From the sequence record SRR33789315_30: 61,763 bases of DNA. One strand, given 5' to 3'. Of this stretch, positions 18,946 to 28,114 are shown piece after piece (position 1 is the stretch's first letter; every line of letters begins with the position of its first letter). Made by a program: the position numbers and the translations under genes. The notes under the pieces were generated by a model. That model had not been told where the DNA came from. It searched no databases and worked only from the letters and a program-made list of their open reading frames with translations.

Positions 18946-20934
18946 TTAATAAGAAATAAGGGCTCTTAAACTGGCTTCTAGCCTACTTTTCCCTGAAAAT
19001 TGTTCTTCAAGTTTTGACGAGAAAGGAATAGGGCTATCAAGGCTGCAAACCCTGTGAATGGGCGCATCTAAATACTCAAAGCAGTGTTCTGCCAGTAAGG
19101 CAGCTATATCTGATGCAATACTACCAAACTGGGTATCTTCTGTTAAGATAAGTGCCTTTCCCGTTTTTTTTACTGAAGCATATAAGGTTTCCTTATCTAG
19201 AGGTTGTAACGTTCTTAAATCTATTACTTCTACATCAAGATCAGGATTTGTTTTTAAAAGATCTAAAGCCCAATGTACTCCAGCCCCGTAGGTAATTAAA
19301 GTCGCACTTCCCCCTGTTCTCAACACGCTTGCCTTGCCTATAGGTATATTATAATATCCTACTGCTACATCTTCTCTTATCGTTCTATAAAGTGCCTTGT
19401 GTTCAAAAAACAATACTGGATTAGGGCTTTCAATTGCCGAAATAAGCAACCCTTTTGCATCTGCTGGAAAAGCAGGATAAACTACTTGCAATCCCGGTGT
19501 GTGAGTGAACCAAGCTTCGTTTGTCTGACTATGAAATGGCCCAGCACCTACGCCACCGCCACAAGGCATGCGTATAACTACATCTGCCGGTTGACCCCAG
19601 CGATAATAGCTTTTTGCGAGATAATTTACTACAGGATTAAAGCCTGACGTAATAAAATCTGCAAACTGCATTTCTACAACCGCTTTCATTCCCGCAATAG
19701 CCAGTCCCATGCCGGCTTCAATTATTGCAGATTCACATATTGGGGTATTACGCACTCGGTCTGTTCCATATTTTTCAACAAAACCTTCTGTTATCTTAAA
19801 TACACCTCCATAACCCGCAATATCCTGTCCCATTAATACCAATTTTGGAAAGTGATTCATGGCCAGATTTAAACCATCAGCAATCGCATCAATAAATCTT
19901 ACATTTTCTTTTTCTAATGGATTTGGTTTTACCGCAATTGCCTCAAAAGGAGCGTAAACATCTTTTAACTCCTCAGACAAATTGGCTTCAGGCAAACTTT
20001 CTTGCGCAACTAGAGCAAGAGCGGCATTTATTTCTTCTTTTATTTCTTTTTTATGAGTAGCAACAAAGGTTTCGTCAATAATTCCTTCGGCTATTAAATA
20101 ATCTTCTAGAGTTTGAACGGGGTCTTTTTGGCTCCAAAAATCCATAAGTTCATTTGGGACATATTTTGTTCCGCTTGCTTCCTCATGACCCCGCATTCTA
20201 AAGGTTTTAAATTCTAATAATATAGGTCTTGGATGTACACGTAAATCTTCAGCAAGTTTCTTAACTGTTTGATATACTTCTATCACATTATTTCCATCTA
20301 TAATATGCCCTTCAATACCATAGCCTATAGCGCGATCTACCAAATTTGCGCATTTATATTGTTGATCTGTTGGTGTTGAAAGTCCATAACCATTATTCTC
20401 AATACAAAAAAGAACGGGCAAATCCCATACAGCAGCAACATTCAAGGCTTCGTGAAAATCACCTTCGCTCGTACCACCTTCTCCTGTAAATACGGCTACA
20501 ACTTGTTGTTCATTCTTGAGTTTATGTGCCAAAGCAATACCATCTGCCACGCCTAACTGCGGTCCCAGATGTGATATCATCCCAATGATCTTAAACTCTT
20601 GTGTGCCGAAATGAAAACTGCGATCCCTACCTTTAGTAAAGCCAGATTTTTTACCTTGCCATTGCGCAAATAATCTAGATAGCGGAATACCTCGCTTAGT
20701 AAATACGCCCAGATTGCGATGCATGGGCAATATATATTCATCTTCAGTTAGAGCACTGGTAACCCCAATACTTATAGCTTCTTGCCCAATCCCACTAAAC
20801 CATTTAGAAATTTTACCCTGCCTAAGTAAAATCAACATCTTTTCTTCAATAAGCCTAGGTTTTAATATATCTAGATAAAGCCTTAATGCCATTTCTGTAG
20901 ATAATCCTGTATGATCTAAAATTTTTGTGCTCAT
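18946..20934 (-). CDS. 2-oxoacid (branched-chain type) dehydrogenase E1, fused alpha/beta subunits
   Basis: GQEA, TPP motif GEGGTSEGDFHEALN...ENN, FRMRGHEE; beta part NTPICE, EMQFADF, GPFHSQ. Confidence 0.92.
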   Translation of the reverse strand: MSTKILDHTGLSTEMALRLYLDILKPRLIEEKMLILLRQGKISKWFSGIGQEAISIGVTSALTEDEYILPMHRNLGVFTKRGIPLSRLFAQWQGKKSGFTKGRDRSFHFGTQEFKIIGMISHLGPQLGVADGIALAHKLKNEQQVVAVFTGEGGTSEGDFHEALNVAAVWDLPVLFCIENNGYGLSTPTDQQYKCANLVDRAIGYGIEGHIIDGNNVIEVYQTVKKLAEDLRVHPRPILLEFKTFRMRGHEEASGTKYVPNELMDFWSQKDPVQTLEDYLIAEGIIDETFVATHKKEIKEEINAALALVAQESLPEANLSEELKDVYAPFEAIAVKPNPLEKENVRFIDAIADGLNLAMNHFPKLVLMGQDIAGYGGVFKITEGFVEKYGTDRVRNTPICESAIIEAGMGLAIAGMKAVVEMQFADFITSGFNPVVNYLAKSYYRWGQPADVVIRMPCGGGVGAGPFHSQTNEAWFTHTPGLQVVYPAFPADAKGLLISAIESPNPVLFFEHKALYRTIREDVAVGYYNIPIGKASVLRTGGSATLITYGAGVHWALDLLKTNPDLDVEVIDLRTLQPLDKETLYASVKKTGKALILTEDTQFGSIASDIAALLAEHCFEYLDAPIHRVCSLDSPIPFSSKLEEQFSGKSRLEASLRALISY

Positions 20935-20953
20935 GTATAAGAAACAATATTTT

Positions 20954-21048
20954 CAAATGTAGCAATTTGTTCGGGTAATCGCTTAAAACCATTCATTTGA
21001 GAATTAATAAATACCTATTCCTAAATAGCAGTAATTTTAATACATTTG
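20954..21048. promoter_or_regulatory. Divergent promoters
   Basis: TACATTTG on - (20954-20961) and TACATTTG on + (21041-21048), each about 20-26 nt from its start codon. Confidence 0.6.
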
Positions 21049-21074
21049 TTATTACCTACTAGATTAATTAGCTT

Positions 21075-22025
21075 ATGAATAATATTCCAAGTGTGGATCT
21101 CGCAGACTTCTTAAGCGAAGATCCCCAACGAAAGCAGAAGTTTGTAAACGAAATTGGAAAAGCATATGAGGACATAGGATTTGTTTCGCTTAAAAACCAT
21201 TTTCTTGATGACGAGCTTGTAGAAGATCTTTATAAAGAAGTAAAGTCTTTTTTTGATCTTCCAGAAGCTACTAAAGCCAAGTATGAAATACAAGGCTTAG
21301 GTGGTCAACGTGGATATATTTCTTTTGGAAAAGAACACGCAAAAGGTAAAAAAGAAGGTGATTTAAAAGAATTCTGGCATTTTGGTCAAGAACCTGATCC
21401 TGATGCAAACCTCATAGACTCTTATCCTGAAAATGTTATCGTTAAAGAACTGGATAATTTCAACACTATAGGAATGGAAACCTATAGAATGCTTGAAAAA
21501 ACAGGCATTTATGTATTACGCGCATTAGCAATATACATAGGTCTGGATGAGTTTTATTTTGATAATTGGGTGCGTAACGGGAATAGTATCCTTCGCCCTA
21601 TTCACTATCCTCCTATTACGACAGAGCCTAAAGGTGCTGTACGCGCAGGAGCTCATGGAGACATTAATCTAATTACCCTACTTATGGGAGCCTCTGCAGG
21701 AGGTTTACAAGTATTACGCAAAGATGGCGAGTGGATTGATGCTATCCCTAATGAAGATGAACTGGTAATTAATGTGGGCGACATGTTAGAACGCCATACT
21801 AATAATAAATTAAGATCAACTATACACCGGGTTGCAAACCCTCCAAAAGAACAATGGCATACGCCAAGGTATTCAATTCCTTTCTTTATGCATCCGCGAA
21901 GTGATATGCCTTTAAACTGCTTAGATGCTTGTATTACAGATGAACACCCACAAGCGTATGACGATATTACAGCTGGTGATTTTCTTCACCAAAGACTTGT
22001 AGATATTGGTCTGATTAAGAAATAA
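21075..22025 (+). CDS. 2-oxoglutarate/Fe(II) dioxygenase, isopenicillin N synthase family
   Basis: HGD iron ligands, NVGDML, distal HRV, and RYS 2OG-binding motif. Confidence 0.92.
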   Translation: MNNIPSVDLADFLSEDPQRKQKFVNEIGKAYEDIGFVSLKNHFLDDELVEDLYKEVKSFFDLPEATKAKYEIQGLGGQRGYISFGKEHAKGKKEGDLKEFWHFGQEPDPDANLIDSYPENVIVKELDNFNTIGMETYRMLEKTGIYVLRALAIYIGLDEFYFDNWVRNGNSILRPIHYPPITTEPKGAVRAGAHGDINLITLLMGASAGGLQVLRKDGEWIDAIPNEDELVINVGDMLERHTNNKLRSTIHRVANPPKEQWHTPRYSIPFFMHPRSDMPLNCLDACITDEHPQAYDDITAGDFLHQRLVDIGLIKK

Positions 22026-22027
22026 TC

Positions 22028-22363
22028 ATGGACCTTAAGGATCAATTAAAAAACCTATTCCCAGATCATGTTGACTCTTCTAATGATGAGGACAACAACA
22101 CCCCTAATGTCTCTGAGATATGGTTACAAGATGACCCTTTAATATGTAAATATGAAAAACGCAAGGGCAAACCTATTACTATCATAGACGGCTATACAGG
22201 TGCCGATAGTGATTTTAAAATCCTTGCAAAAGAGCTTAAAACCCTTCTCAGTGTAGGAGGTAGTTTTAAAAACGATCAAATTATAATTCAAGGTGATTAT
22301 CGCGATCGGATTATGACCTTTTTAAAAGAAAAAGGATTTAAAGTCAAACGCGTAGGGGGTTAA
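22028..22363 (+). CDS. yciH: Translation initiation factor SUI1/YciH family
   Basis: KRKGKPIT.I.G, LAKELK...VGGS.K, IIIQGD.R, GFKVKRVGG. Confidence 0.88.
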   Translation: MDLKDQLKNLFPDHVDSSNDEDNNTPNVSEIWLQDDPLICKYEKRKGKPITIIDGYTGADSDFKILAKELKTLLSVGGSFKNDQIIIQGDYRDRIMTFLKEKGFKVKRVGG

Positions 22364-22373
22364 TTTTTGTATT

Positions 22374-23309
22374 ATGAATAAACGAATTCTTCATATCACC
22401 AATGGAGATAGTCTAACTGAACTATTAGATGAAATTCACCTAGATGGAGATATTATAGTATGGCGAGAAATGCTATGCGAAGGGCCTACTGTGCAAGAAG
22501 TAGGAACAGAAAAATTTATTTCCGTTCGTAAAAAATTTCTACTGGAGACCTATGGTATTTCTGAAGTAGATTATGAAGAGAAATTTGTTTCTCAATTAAA
22601 CAAACTCGCAACTATTGATAAATATGACGAAATAATTCTATGGTTTGAATTTGATTTATTTTGCCACATTAATATGCTTGCAGCTATAAGTTACCTGCTT
22701 CAACACAAAAGTAAAGAACCTATATATTTGGTATGTAGTGGTCGTGTAAGTGGTGAAAAAGAAATGAAAGGACTCTCAGAACTCAACGAGAAACAACTCA
22801 TGGCTCATTATGAAAGTAAAATTCGCCTGTCTGAAGATGACCTCGAAATGGCACATTTTATTTGGCAGCTCTACTGCGGAAACAACCCCAATAGATTAAA
22901 ACCAGAAATTAGAAAGTCATCCAACTTTAAGTATTTATCCAGTTGCATGCGCGCACATATAGAACGTTTTCCAAATGCCTTCACCGGATTAAACTCCCTA
23001 GAAACCAATATTCTTAAGCTCATTCAGAAATATAATATTAAATCAGAAAACCAACTCTGTGGTTATGTATTAAATTATCAAGGCTATTATGGTTATGGTG
23101 ATTCCCAAATTATTCGCATTTTAGATAAGCTAAAACCTTTCTATACCTTTTCTGAAACTGGTAAAATTGTTTTAACTAAAAAAGGTGAATTTGCCATTGC
23201 TGGAACCAAAAACTTCTATAGCGAATTGAAGAGCGACTCCGTTTTAGGCGGAACAAAAAAATACGACTACCTTTATAGCCCAGAAAGCCACCAACTTTTG
23301 AAGCTATAA
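22374..23309 (+). CDS. DUF1835-domain protein
   Basis: LHITNGDS, WREMLCEGP, LWFEFDLFC, GYGDSQ typical of the family. Confidence 0.75.
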   Translation: MNKRILHITNGDSLTELLDEIHLDGDIIVWREMLCEGPTVQEVGTEKFISVRKKFLLETYGISEVDYEEKFVSQLNKLATIDKYDEIILWFEFDLFCHINMLAAISYLLQHKSKEPIYLVCSGRVSGEKEMKGLSELNEKQLMAHYESKIRLSEDDLEMAHFIWQLYCGNNPNRLKPEIRKSSNFKYLSSCMRAHIERFPNAFTGLNSLETNILKLIQKYNIKSENQLCGYVLNYQGYYGYGDSQIIRILDKLKPFYTFSETGKIVLTKKGEFAIAGTKNFYSELKSDSVLGGTKKYDYLYSPESHQLLKL

Positions 23310-23312
23310 TTT

Positions 23313-24188
23313 ATGCCATTAGCCCCATCTGAATTTATTTTAAATGCTGACGGAAGCATTTACCACCTCAATCTTAAACCTAATCAAATTTCACATACTA
23401 TTATTACAGTAGGTGATCCAGACCGAGTTGAAAAAGTAACTGCCCACTTTGATAGTATTGAATTCACCAAACATAAAAGAGAATTCAAAACACAAACAGG
23501 AAACTATAAAGGCAAACGCATTACCGTAATCTCAACGGGTATTGGGACAGATAATATTGATATCGTTCTTAATGAATTAGACGCTCTTGTTAATATAGAT
23601 TTTGAAACGAGAGAAATTAAACCTAATCACACTACACTAGATATAATTCGAATTGGCACAAGTGGTGCTATACAGCCAGATATAGCTGTAGATTCTTTTG
23701 TGGTAAGTAAGCGAGCTATAGGTTTTGATAATCTCATTCACTTTTATGACAGTGAACATATTCAAGATAAAGTAAGACAAGAAATTTTCCTCAAAGAAAT
23801 AGATTGGAATCCAAGCAAGAGTGTGCCCTATATTGTTAGGTCTTCTAGCACTTTACTAGAACATTTCTCAACTCCACCATTTCAATTAGGATTTACAGCA
23901 ACCAATGTGGGTTTTTATGGACCACAAGGAAGAATATTGAGAGGGAAGTTAGAAGATGATGGTTTAAATGATAAACTGCAGAATTTTAGTTTTGAAGGTG
24001 AACGCATTACCAATCTAGAAATGGAAACAGCAGGAATTTACGGCTTATCTAAATTACTGGGGCACAGAGCGATCTCTTTAAATGCAATACTAGCAAATAG
24101 AGCCTTAGGCACATTTAGTACAGATCCTGGCAAAGCTGCCGAAAATCTTATTGAAATTGCACTAGAAAAAATAATCGCCTTACCTTAA
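23313..24188 (+). CDS. Nucleoside (uridine-type) phosphorylase
   Basis: VGDPDRV, STGIG, IRIGTSG, GFYGPQGR, NLEMET. Confidence 0.9.
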   Translation: MPLAPSEFILNADGSIYHLNLKPNQISHTIITVGDPDRVEKVTAHFDSIEFTKHKREFKTQTGNYKGKRITVISTGIGTDNIDIVLNELDALVNIDFETREIKPNHTTLDIIRIGTSGAIQPDIAVDSFVVSKRAIGFDNLIHFYDSEHIQDKVRQEIFLKEIDWNPSKSVPYIVRSSSTLLEHFSTPPFQLGFTATNVGFYGPQGRILRGKLEDDGLNDKLQNFSFEGERITNLEMETAGIYGLSKLLGHRAISLNAILANRALGTFSTDPGKAAENLIEIALEKIIALP

Positions 24189-24245
24189 ATGACAAAAAGG
24201 ACTTACCATCTTTATTTTTGTAAATTACCTATTTAATATAGGATA

Positions 24246-26300
24246 ATGAGTATTGATGTTGCCGTGCCACTAAAATCTAGAGATCTCAATTGGTTGAGTT
24301 TTAATGAACGTGTATTACAAGAAGCAGAAGATAAAAAACACAATCCGCTGTTTGAACGCATTAAATTCTTGGCTATCTTTTCATCTAATCTGGATGAATT
24401 TTTCAGAGTCAGGGTTTCCCAATTACGTCAAATCAAGAAAGTTCATAAAACTTTTCGCGACAAGCTGACCCTAAGACCTACTAAAACGGTTAAAGAAATC
24501 TTATTACAAGTTAAAAAGCAACAAGAACGCTTTGGTAACATTTACCAAAATGATATTCTTCCCGAATTAAAGGCGAATAATATAACGATCCTCCAATCAG
24601 ACGAAATAACTCAAACACATCTTACTAAAGCAGAAAAGTATTTTGACACAGAACTTTCAACACTTTGTACTCCTGAAATTGTATCTATATCCTCTCCAAA
24701 TAAGCCCTTTTTAGAAAATGAAAGCCTTTACTTTTTCATTACTTATGAAGATGAAAATAGTTTGGGATTTGTGAAGATTCCTACAGAAAGAACACAGCGA
24801 TTTCTTGATTTAGGAAAAAAAGATGGACAACATCATATTGCTTTTTTAGATGATATTATACGTCATAAAATAAATACAGATCAAGATCAAAAAATTACAG
24901 GCATCTATGAAATAAAATTATCCAGAGATGCAGAGCTCTATATGGATGATGAATTAGATGGAGAGCTTGCAGAACAAATTTCCAAATCTTTACCTCAGCG
25001 TTTTGACAATCAACCTACACGATTGCTCTATGACGCAACTATGCCCACGGATAAAATTAAAATACTTCGTAGATTATTAGGTTTAGGAAGAATAGATATG
25101 ATGCCTGGTGGTACATATCATAATTTTAAAGATTTTTTTCAATTTAAAGATCCTACTAACCATGTGAATTTGCATTATGAATCTAAACCACTTATTAAGC
25201 ATTTAGATTTTGATAAAGAGGCCGATTATTTCAAAGTAATCTCTAATAAAGATCAATTATTACATTATCCCTATATATCATTTATCTACTTAGAGAATTT
25301 TATAGAGCAAGCTGCATGGGATAAACAAGTAGAAGAAATTAAAATCTCTTTTTACAGAATAGCAGATAAATCTCGCTTAACTTCAGCCTTACTTAAAGCT
25401 TTAGAAAATGATATAAAAGTCACTATTTTTATAGAGGCCAAAGCGCGTTTTGATGAAGAAAACAATCTAAAATGGGGGAAAATATTTGAAAAGAATGGAG
25501 CACATGTAATCTATAGCTTTCCGAGAATAAAAGTGCATTCTAAAATATTACTCATTAAAAGAAAAGAAAGAAATAAGGTTAAAAGCTACGGTTATATTAG
25601 TACTGGAAATTTCAATGCACAAACCTCAAAAATATATGCCGATCACAGCCTTTTTACTGCAAATAAAAAAATTACAAAAGAACTAGATCGAGTGTTTGAA
25701 GTACTCGTAGGTAAATTAATAATTCCACGAAATAAGCACTTACTCATTTCCCCTTTTGGTACGCGAAGAACATTTGAAAAATTAATAGATCAGGAAATAG
25801 CTAATGCCCAAAAAGGCTTACCAGCAAAAATAACAGCTAAATTAAACAGTCTCGAAGATACCGAAATCATACACCGACTTTATAAAGCTAGTAACAGCGG
25901 AGTAACTATAAGATTAATTGTAAGAGGTTTTTGTTGTCTCATTCCGGGAATTGTAGGCTTAAGCGAGAATATACATATTACGAGTATCTTAGACAGGTAT
26001 CTCGAGCATGGGAGAATATACTTATTTCATAATAATGGTGAAGAGAAAATGTATATGGGCTCTGCAGACTGGATGGTACGCAATCTGGATCGCAGGATTG
26101 AAGTACTTACGCCTATTTATGATCCCGATGTCTTTATTGAATTAAAAGAAATACTTCAATTACAACTACAAGACAATTGTAAGGCTCGTATTCAAGATGC
26201 ACGAGAAACAAATACCTATGCCGTGCACCATGAGAATAAACCAAAAATAAGATCGCAATATGCGATCTATGATTATTTAAAAGAAAAGCATAAAAAATGA
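24246..26300 (+). CDS. ppk1: Polyphosphate kinase 1
   Basis: WLSFNERVL, SSNLDEFFRVRV, ARFDEENN, KVHSK, RYLEHGR, SADWM.RNLDRRIE. Confidence 0.95.
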   Translation: MSIDVAVPLKSRDLNWLSFNERVLQEAEDKKHNPLFERIKFLAIFSSNLDEFFRVRVSQLRQIKKVHKTFRDKLTLRPTKTVKEILLQVKKQQERFGNIYQNDILPELKANNITILQSDEITQTHLTKAEKYFDTELSTLCTPEIVSISSPNKPFLENESLYFFITYEDENSLGFVKIPTERTQRFLDLGKKDGQHHIAFLDDIIRHKINTDQDQKITGIYEIKLSRDAELYMDDELDGELAEQISKSLPQRFDNQPTRLLYDATMPTDKIKILRRLLGLGRIDMMPGGTYHNFKDFFQFKDPTNHVNLHYESKPLIKHLDFDKEADYFKVISNKDQLLHYPYISFIYLENFIEQAAWDKQVEEIKISFYRIADKSRLTSALLKALENDIKVTIFIEAKARFDEENNLKWGKIFEKNGAHVIYSFPRIKVHSKILLIKRKERNKVKSYGYISTGNFNAQTSKIYADHSLFTANKKITKELDRVFEVLVGKLIIPRNKHLLISPFGTRRTFEKLIDQEIANAQKGLPAKITAKLNSLEDTEIIHRLYKASNSGVTIRLIVRGFCCLIPGIVGLSENIHITSILDRYLEHGRIYLFHNNGEEKMYMGSADWMVRNLDRRIEVLTPIYDPDVFIELKEILQLQLQDNCKARIQDARETNTYAVHHENKPKIRSQYAIYDYLKEKHKK

Positions 26301-27148
26301 CAACACTAAGAATAGGAGGCGTTCCAGAACACTTTAATTTTCCGTTCCATCTAGCCATGCAAGAAGGGCTTTTTGAGCGAGAAGGCATAGATCTACAATG
26401 GCAGGAATTTCCTGACGGTACTGGAGCGATGTGCAAAGCATTGCGCAATGATGTAATTGATCTAGCGGTAACCTTACCTGCTGGACTAATTAAAGATATT
26501 GCCCTAGGTAATCCCTCAAAGATTATTCAAAACTATGTATCATCGCCACTGGTATGGGGAGTTCACGTAGATGCAAAAAGTGAATTCAAAAATATTGAAG
26601 ATTTAGAAAATAAAAGAGTTGCTATAAGCAGATTTGGTTCAGGATCACATATAATGGCATTTGTGCAAGCTCAAAAAATGGGTTGGGATATAAGTAGGCT
26701 AGAATTTGTTATTGTTGCCACCATTGAGGGAGCTATTAAGGCGCTGCAAGCTGGAGAAGCCGATTATTTTATGTGGGAACATTTTACCACAAAACCCATA
26801 GTGGATGCTGGAATTTTTAGACGCGTATCAGATTTTCCTTCGCCGTGGAGCACCTTTGTTATTGCAGCAAAAGAGGATTGTATAACAAACCACAAGTCTG
26901 AACTGAGTAATTTTTTAGCAGTTATTAACACCGTCACCGCAGATTTTAAGAAAATTCCATCTATAAACCATACCCTATCGAATACCTATGGGCAAAAAAT
27001 AGAAGATATCGACTCATGGTTAAAACAGACTAAATGGTCACAAAATCAATTTAGCATTGAAGAGTGTCAATATGTGCAAAATTATCTTTTAGAACTCGAT
27101 ATTCTTACTGTTAATCGATCACCTGAATCCTATTTAACACAGATTTAA
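26297..27148 (+). CDS. Type 2 periplasmic-binding-fold protein (NMT1/Ca3427-like) without signal peptide
   Basis: GGVPEHFN.P, GTGAM, SRFGSGSH, FMWEHFTTKP; no N-terminal hydrophobic stretch; ATGA overlap with the ppk1 stop. Confidence 0.75.
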   Translation: MTTLRIGGVPEHFNFPFHLAMQEGLFEREGIDLQWQEFPDGTGAMCKALRNDVIDLAVTLPAGLIKDIALGNPSKIIQNYVSSPLVWGVHVDAKSEFKNIEDLENKRVAISRFGSGSHIMAFVQAQKMGWDISRLEFVIVATIEGAIKALQAGEADYFMWEHFTTKPIVDAGIFRRVSDFPSPWSTFVIAAKEDCITNHKSELSNFLAVINTVTADFKKIPSINHTLSNTYGQKIEDIDSWLKQTKWSQNQFSIEECQYVQNYLLELDILTVNRSPESYLTQI

Positions 27149-27236
27149 TAAATTTTTCACATTTAATATTCTTCACTTAGCAGAATATAGCGCCACATTT
27201 GTACTGAAGGAATAATAACAATCAACCCGTACCACT

Positions 27237-27356
27237 ATGATTACATTTTTTATTATCCTCGCTGTACTATTATTAATTAATTTCCTGCTATTCAAATTCA
27301 ATGTTGACGACCAACAAGCTCAACAAAGAAGATTAGCAAAAATGCAAGGCAAATAG
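27237..27356 (+). CDS. Putative small single-TM protein, 39 aa
   Basis: Missed by the ORF track. MITFFIILAVLLLINFLLFKFNVDDQQAQQRRLAKMQGK*; fills the intergenic gap and is preceded by CACATTTG (a -7-like element). Confidence 0.6.
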   Translation: MITFFIILAVLLLINFLLFKFNVDDQQAQQRRLAKMQGK

Positions 27357-27400
27357 TACCAAGCGTGTGCAACTGGTAAGTATCTTCGCTCCCTCTAAGA

Positions 27401-28066
27401 TTACCATTCAATGGTTTTCTTATCTTTTGCAATTAAATATTTATTTGTTTTACTAAAATGTTGGTTCCCGAACCAGTAACCTCTATTGGCACTCAATGGA
27501 GAAGGATGACCAGATTCTAATATTAAATGTTTATTAGCATCTATAAGTTTCTTTTTCTTTTTGGCATAACCGCCCCAAAGTAAAAAAACGACATTCTCCT
27601 TTTTTTGAGAAATAAGCTCAATGACGCGATCTGTAAATATTTCCCAACCCTTACCTTGGTGTGAGCCTGCTTGGTTTGCCCTAACGGTTAATGTCGCATT
27701 AAGTAATAATACACCTTGTTTGGCCCAACGTTCTAGATTTCCGTTATTAGGAAAAGTTAGATTTACATCTGTAGTTATTTCCTTAAAAATATTTTGGAGT
27801 GATGGCGGCATCACAATCCCCTCATTTACAGAAAAACACAAGCCGTGTGCTTGCCCTAAACCGTGATAAGGATCTTGTCCCAAAATAACTACTTCGGTTT
27901 TATCAAACGGGCATAAATTAAAGGCTTTAAAAATTTGATCTCCTTTCGGGAAGCACATTTCTTTAGTATATTCTTCTTTTACAAAATGAACAAGCGCTTT
28001 AAAATAAGGCTTATCAAACTCATCTTCTAAAATAGCTTTCCAACTTGGGTGTAGTTCTACCTGCAT
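27401..28066 (-). CDS. ung: Uracil-DNA glycosylase
   Basis: GQDPYH, PPSL.NI, GVLLLN, HPSPLS. Confidence 0.97.
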   Translation of the reverse strand: MQVELHPSWKAILEDEFDKPYFKALVHFVKEEYTKEMCFPKGDQIFKAFNLCPFDKTEVVILGQDPYHGLGQAHGLCFSVNEGIVMPPSLQNIFKEITTDVNLTFPNNGNLERWAKQGVLLLNATLTVRANQAGSHQGKGWEIFTDRVIELISQKKENVVFLLWGGYAKKKKKLIDANKHLILESGHPSPLSANRGYWFGNQHFSKTNKYLIAKDKKTIEW

Positions 28067-28073
28067 TTATCCT

Positions 28074-28081
28074 TAAATTTG
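28074..28081 (+). promoter_or_regulatory. -7 promoter element for mutS2
   Basis: TAAATTTG in the short ung/mutS2 divergent gap. Confidence 0.5.
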
Positions 28082-28114
28082 CATTAAAAATAAGCCTAAA
28101 AATAGGCATTGCCA

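Noticed and set aside
26134-26448. 104-aa - strand ORF across the ppk1 junction
   Set aside because: Antisense to two well-supported genes; no family features.
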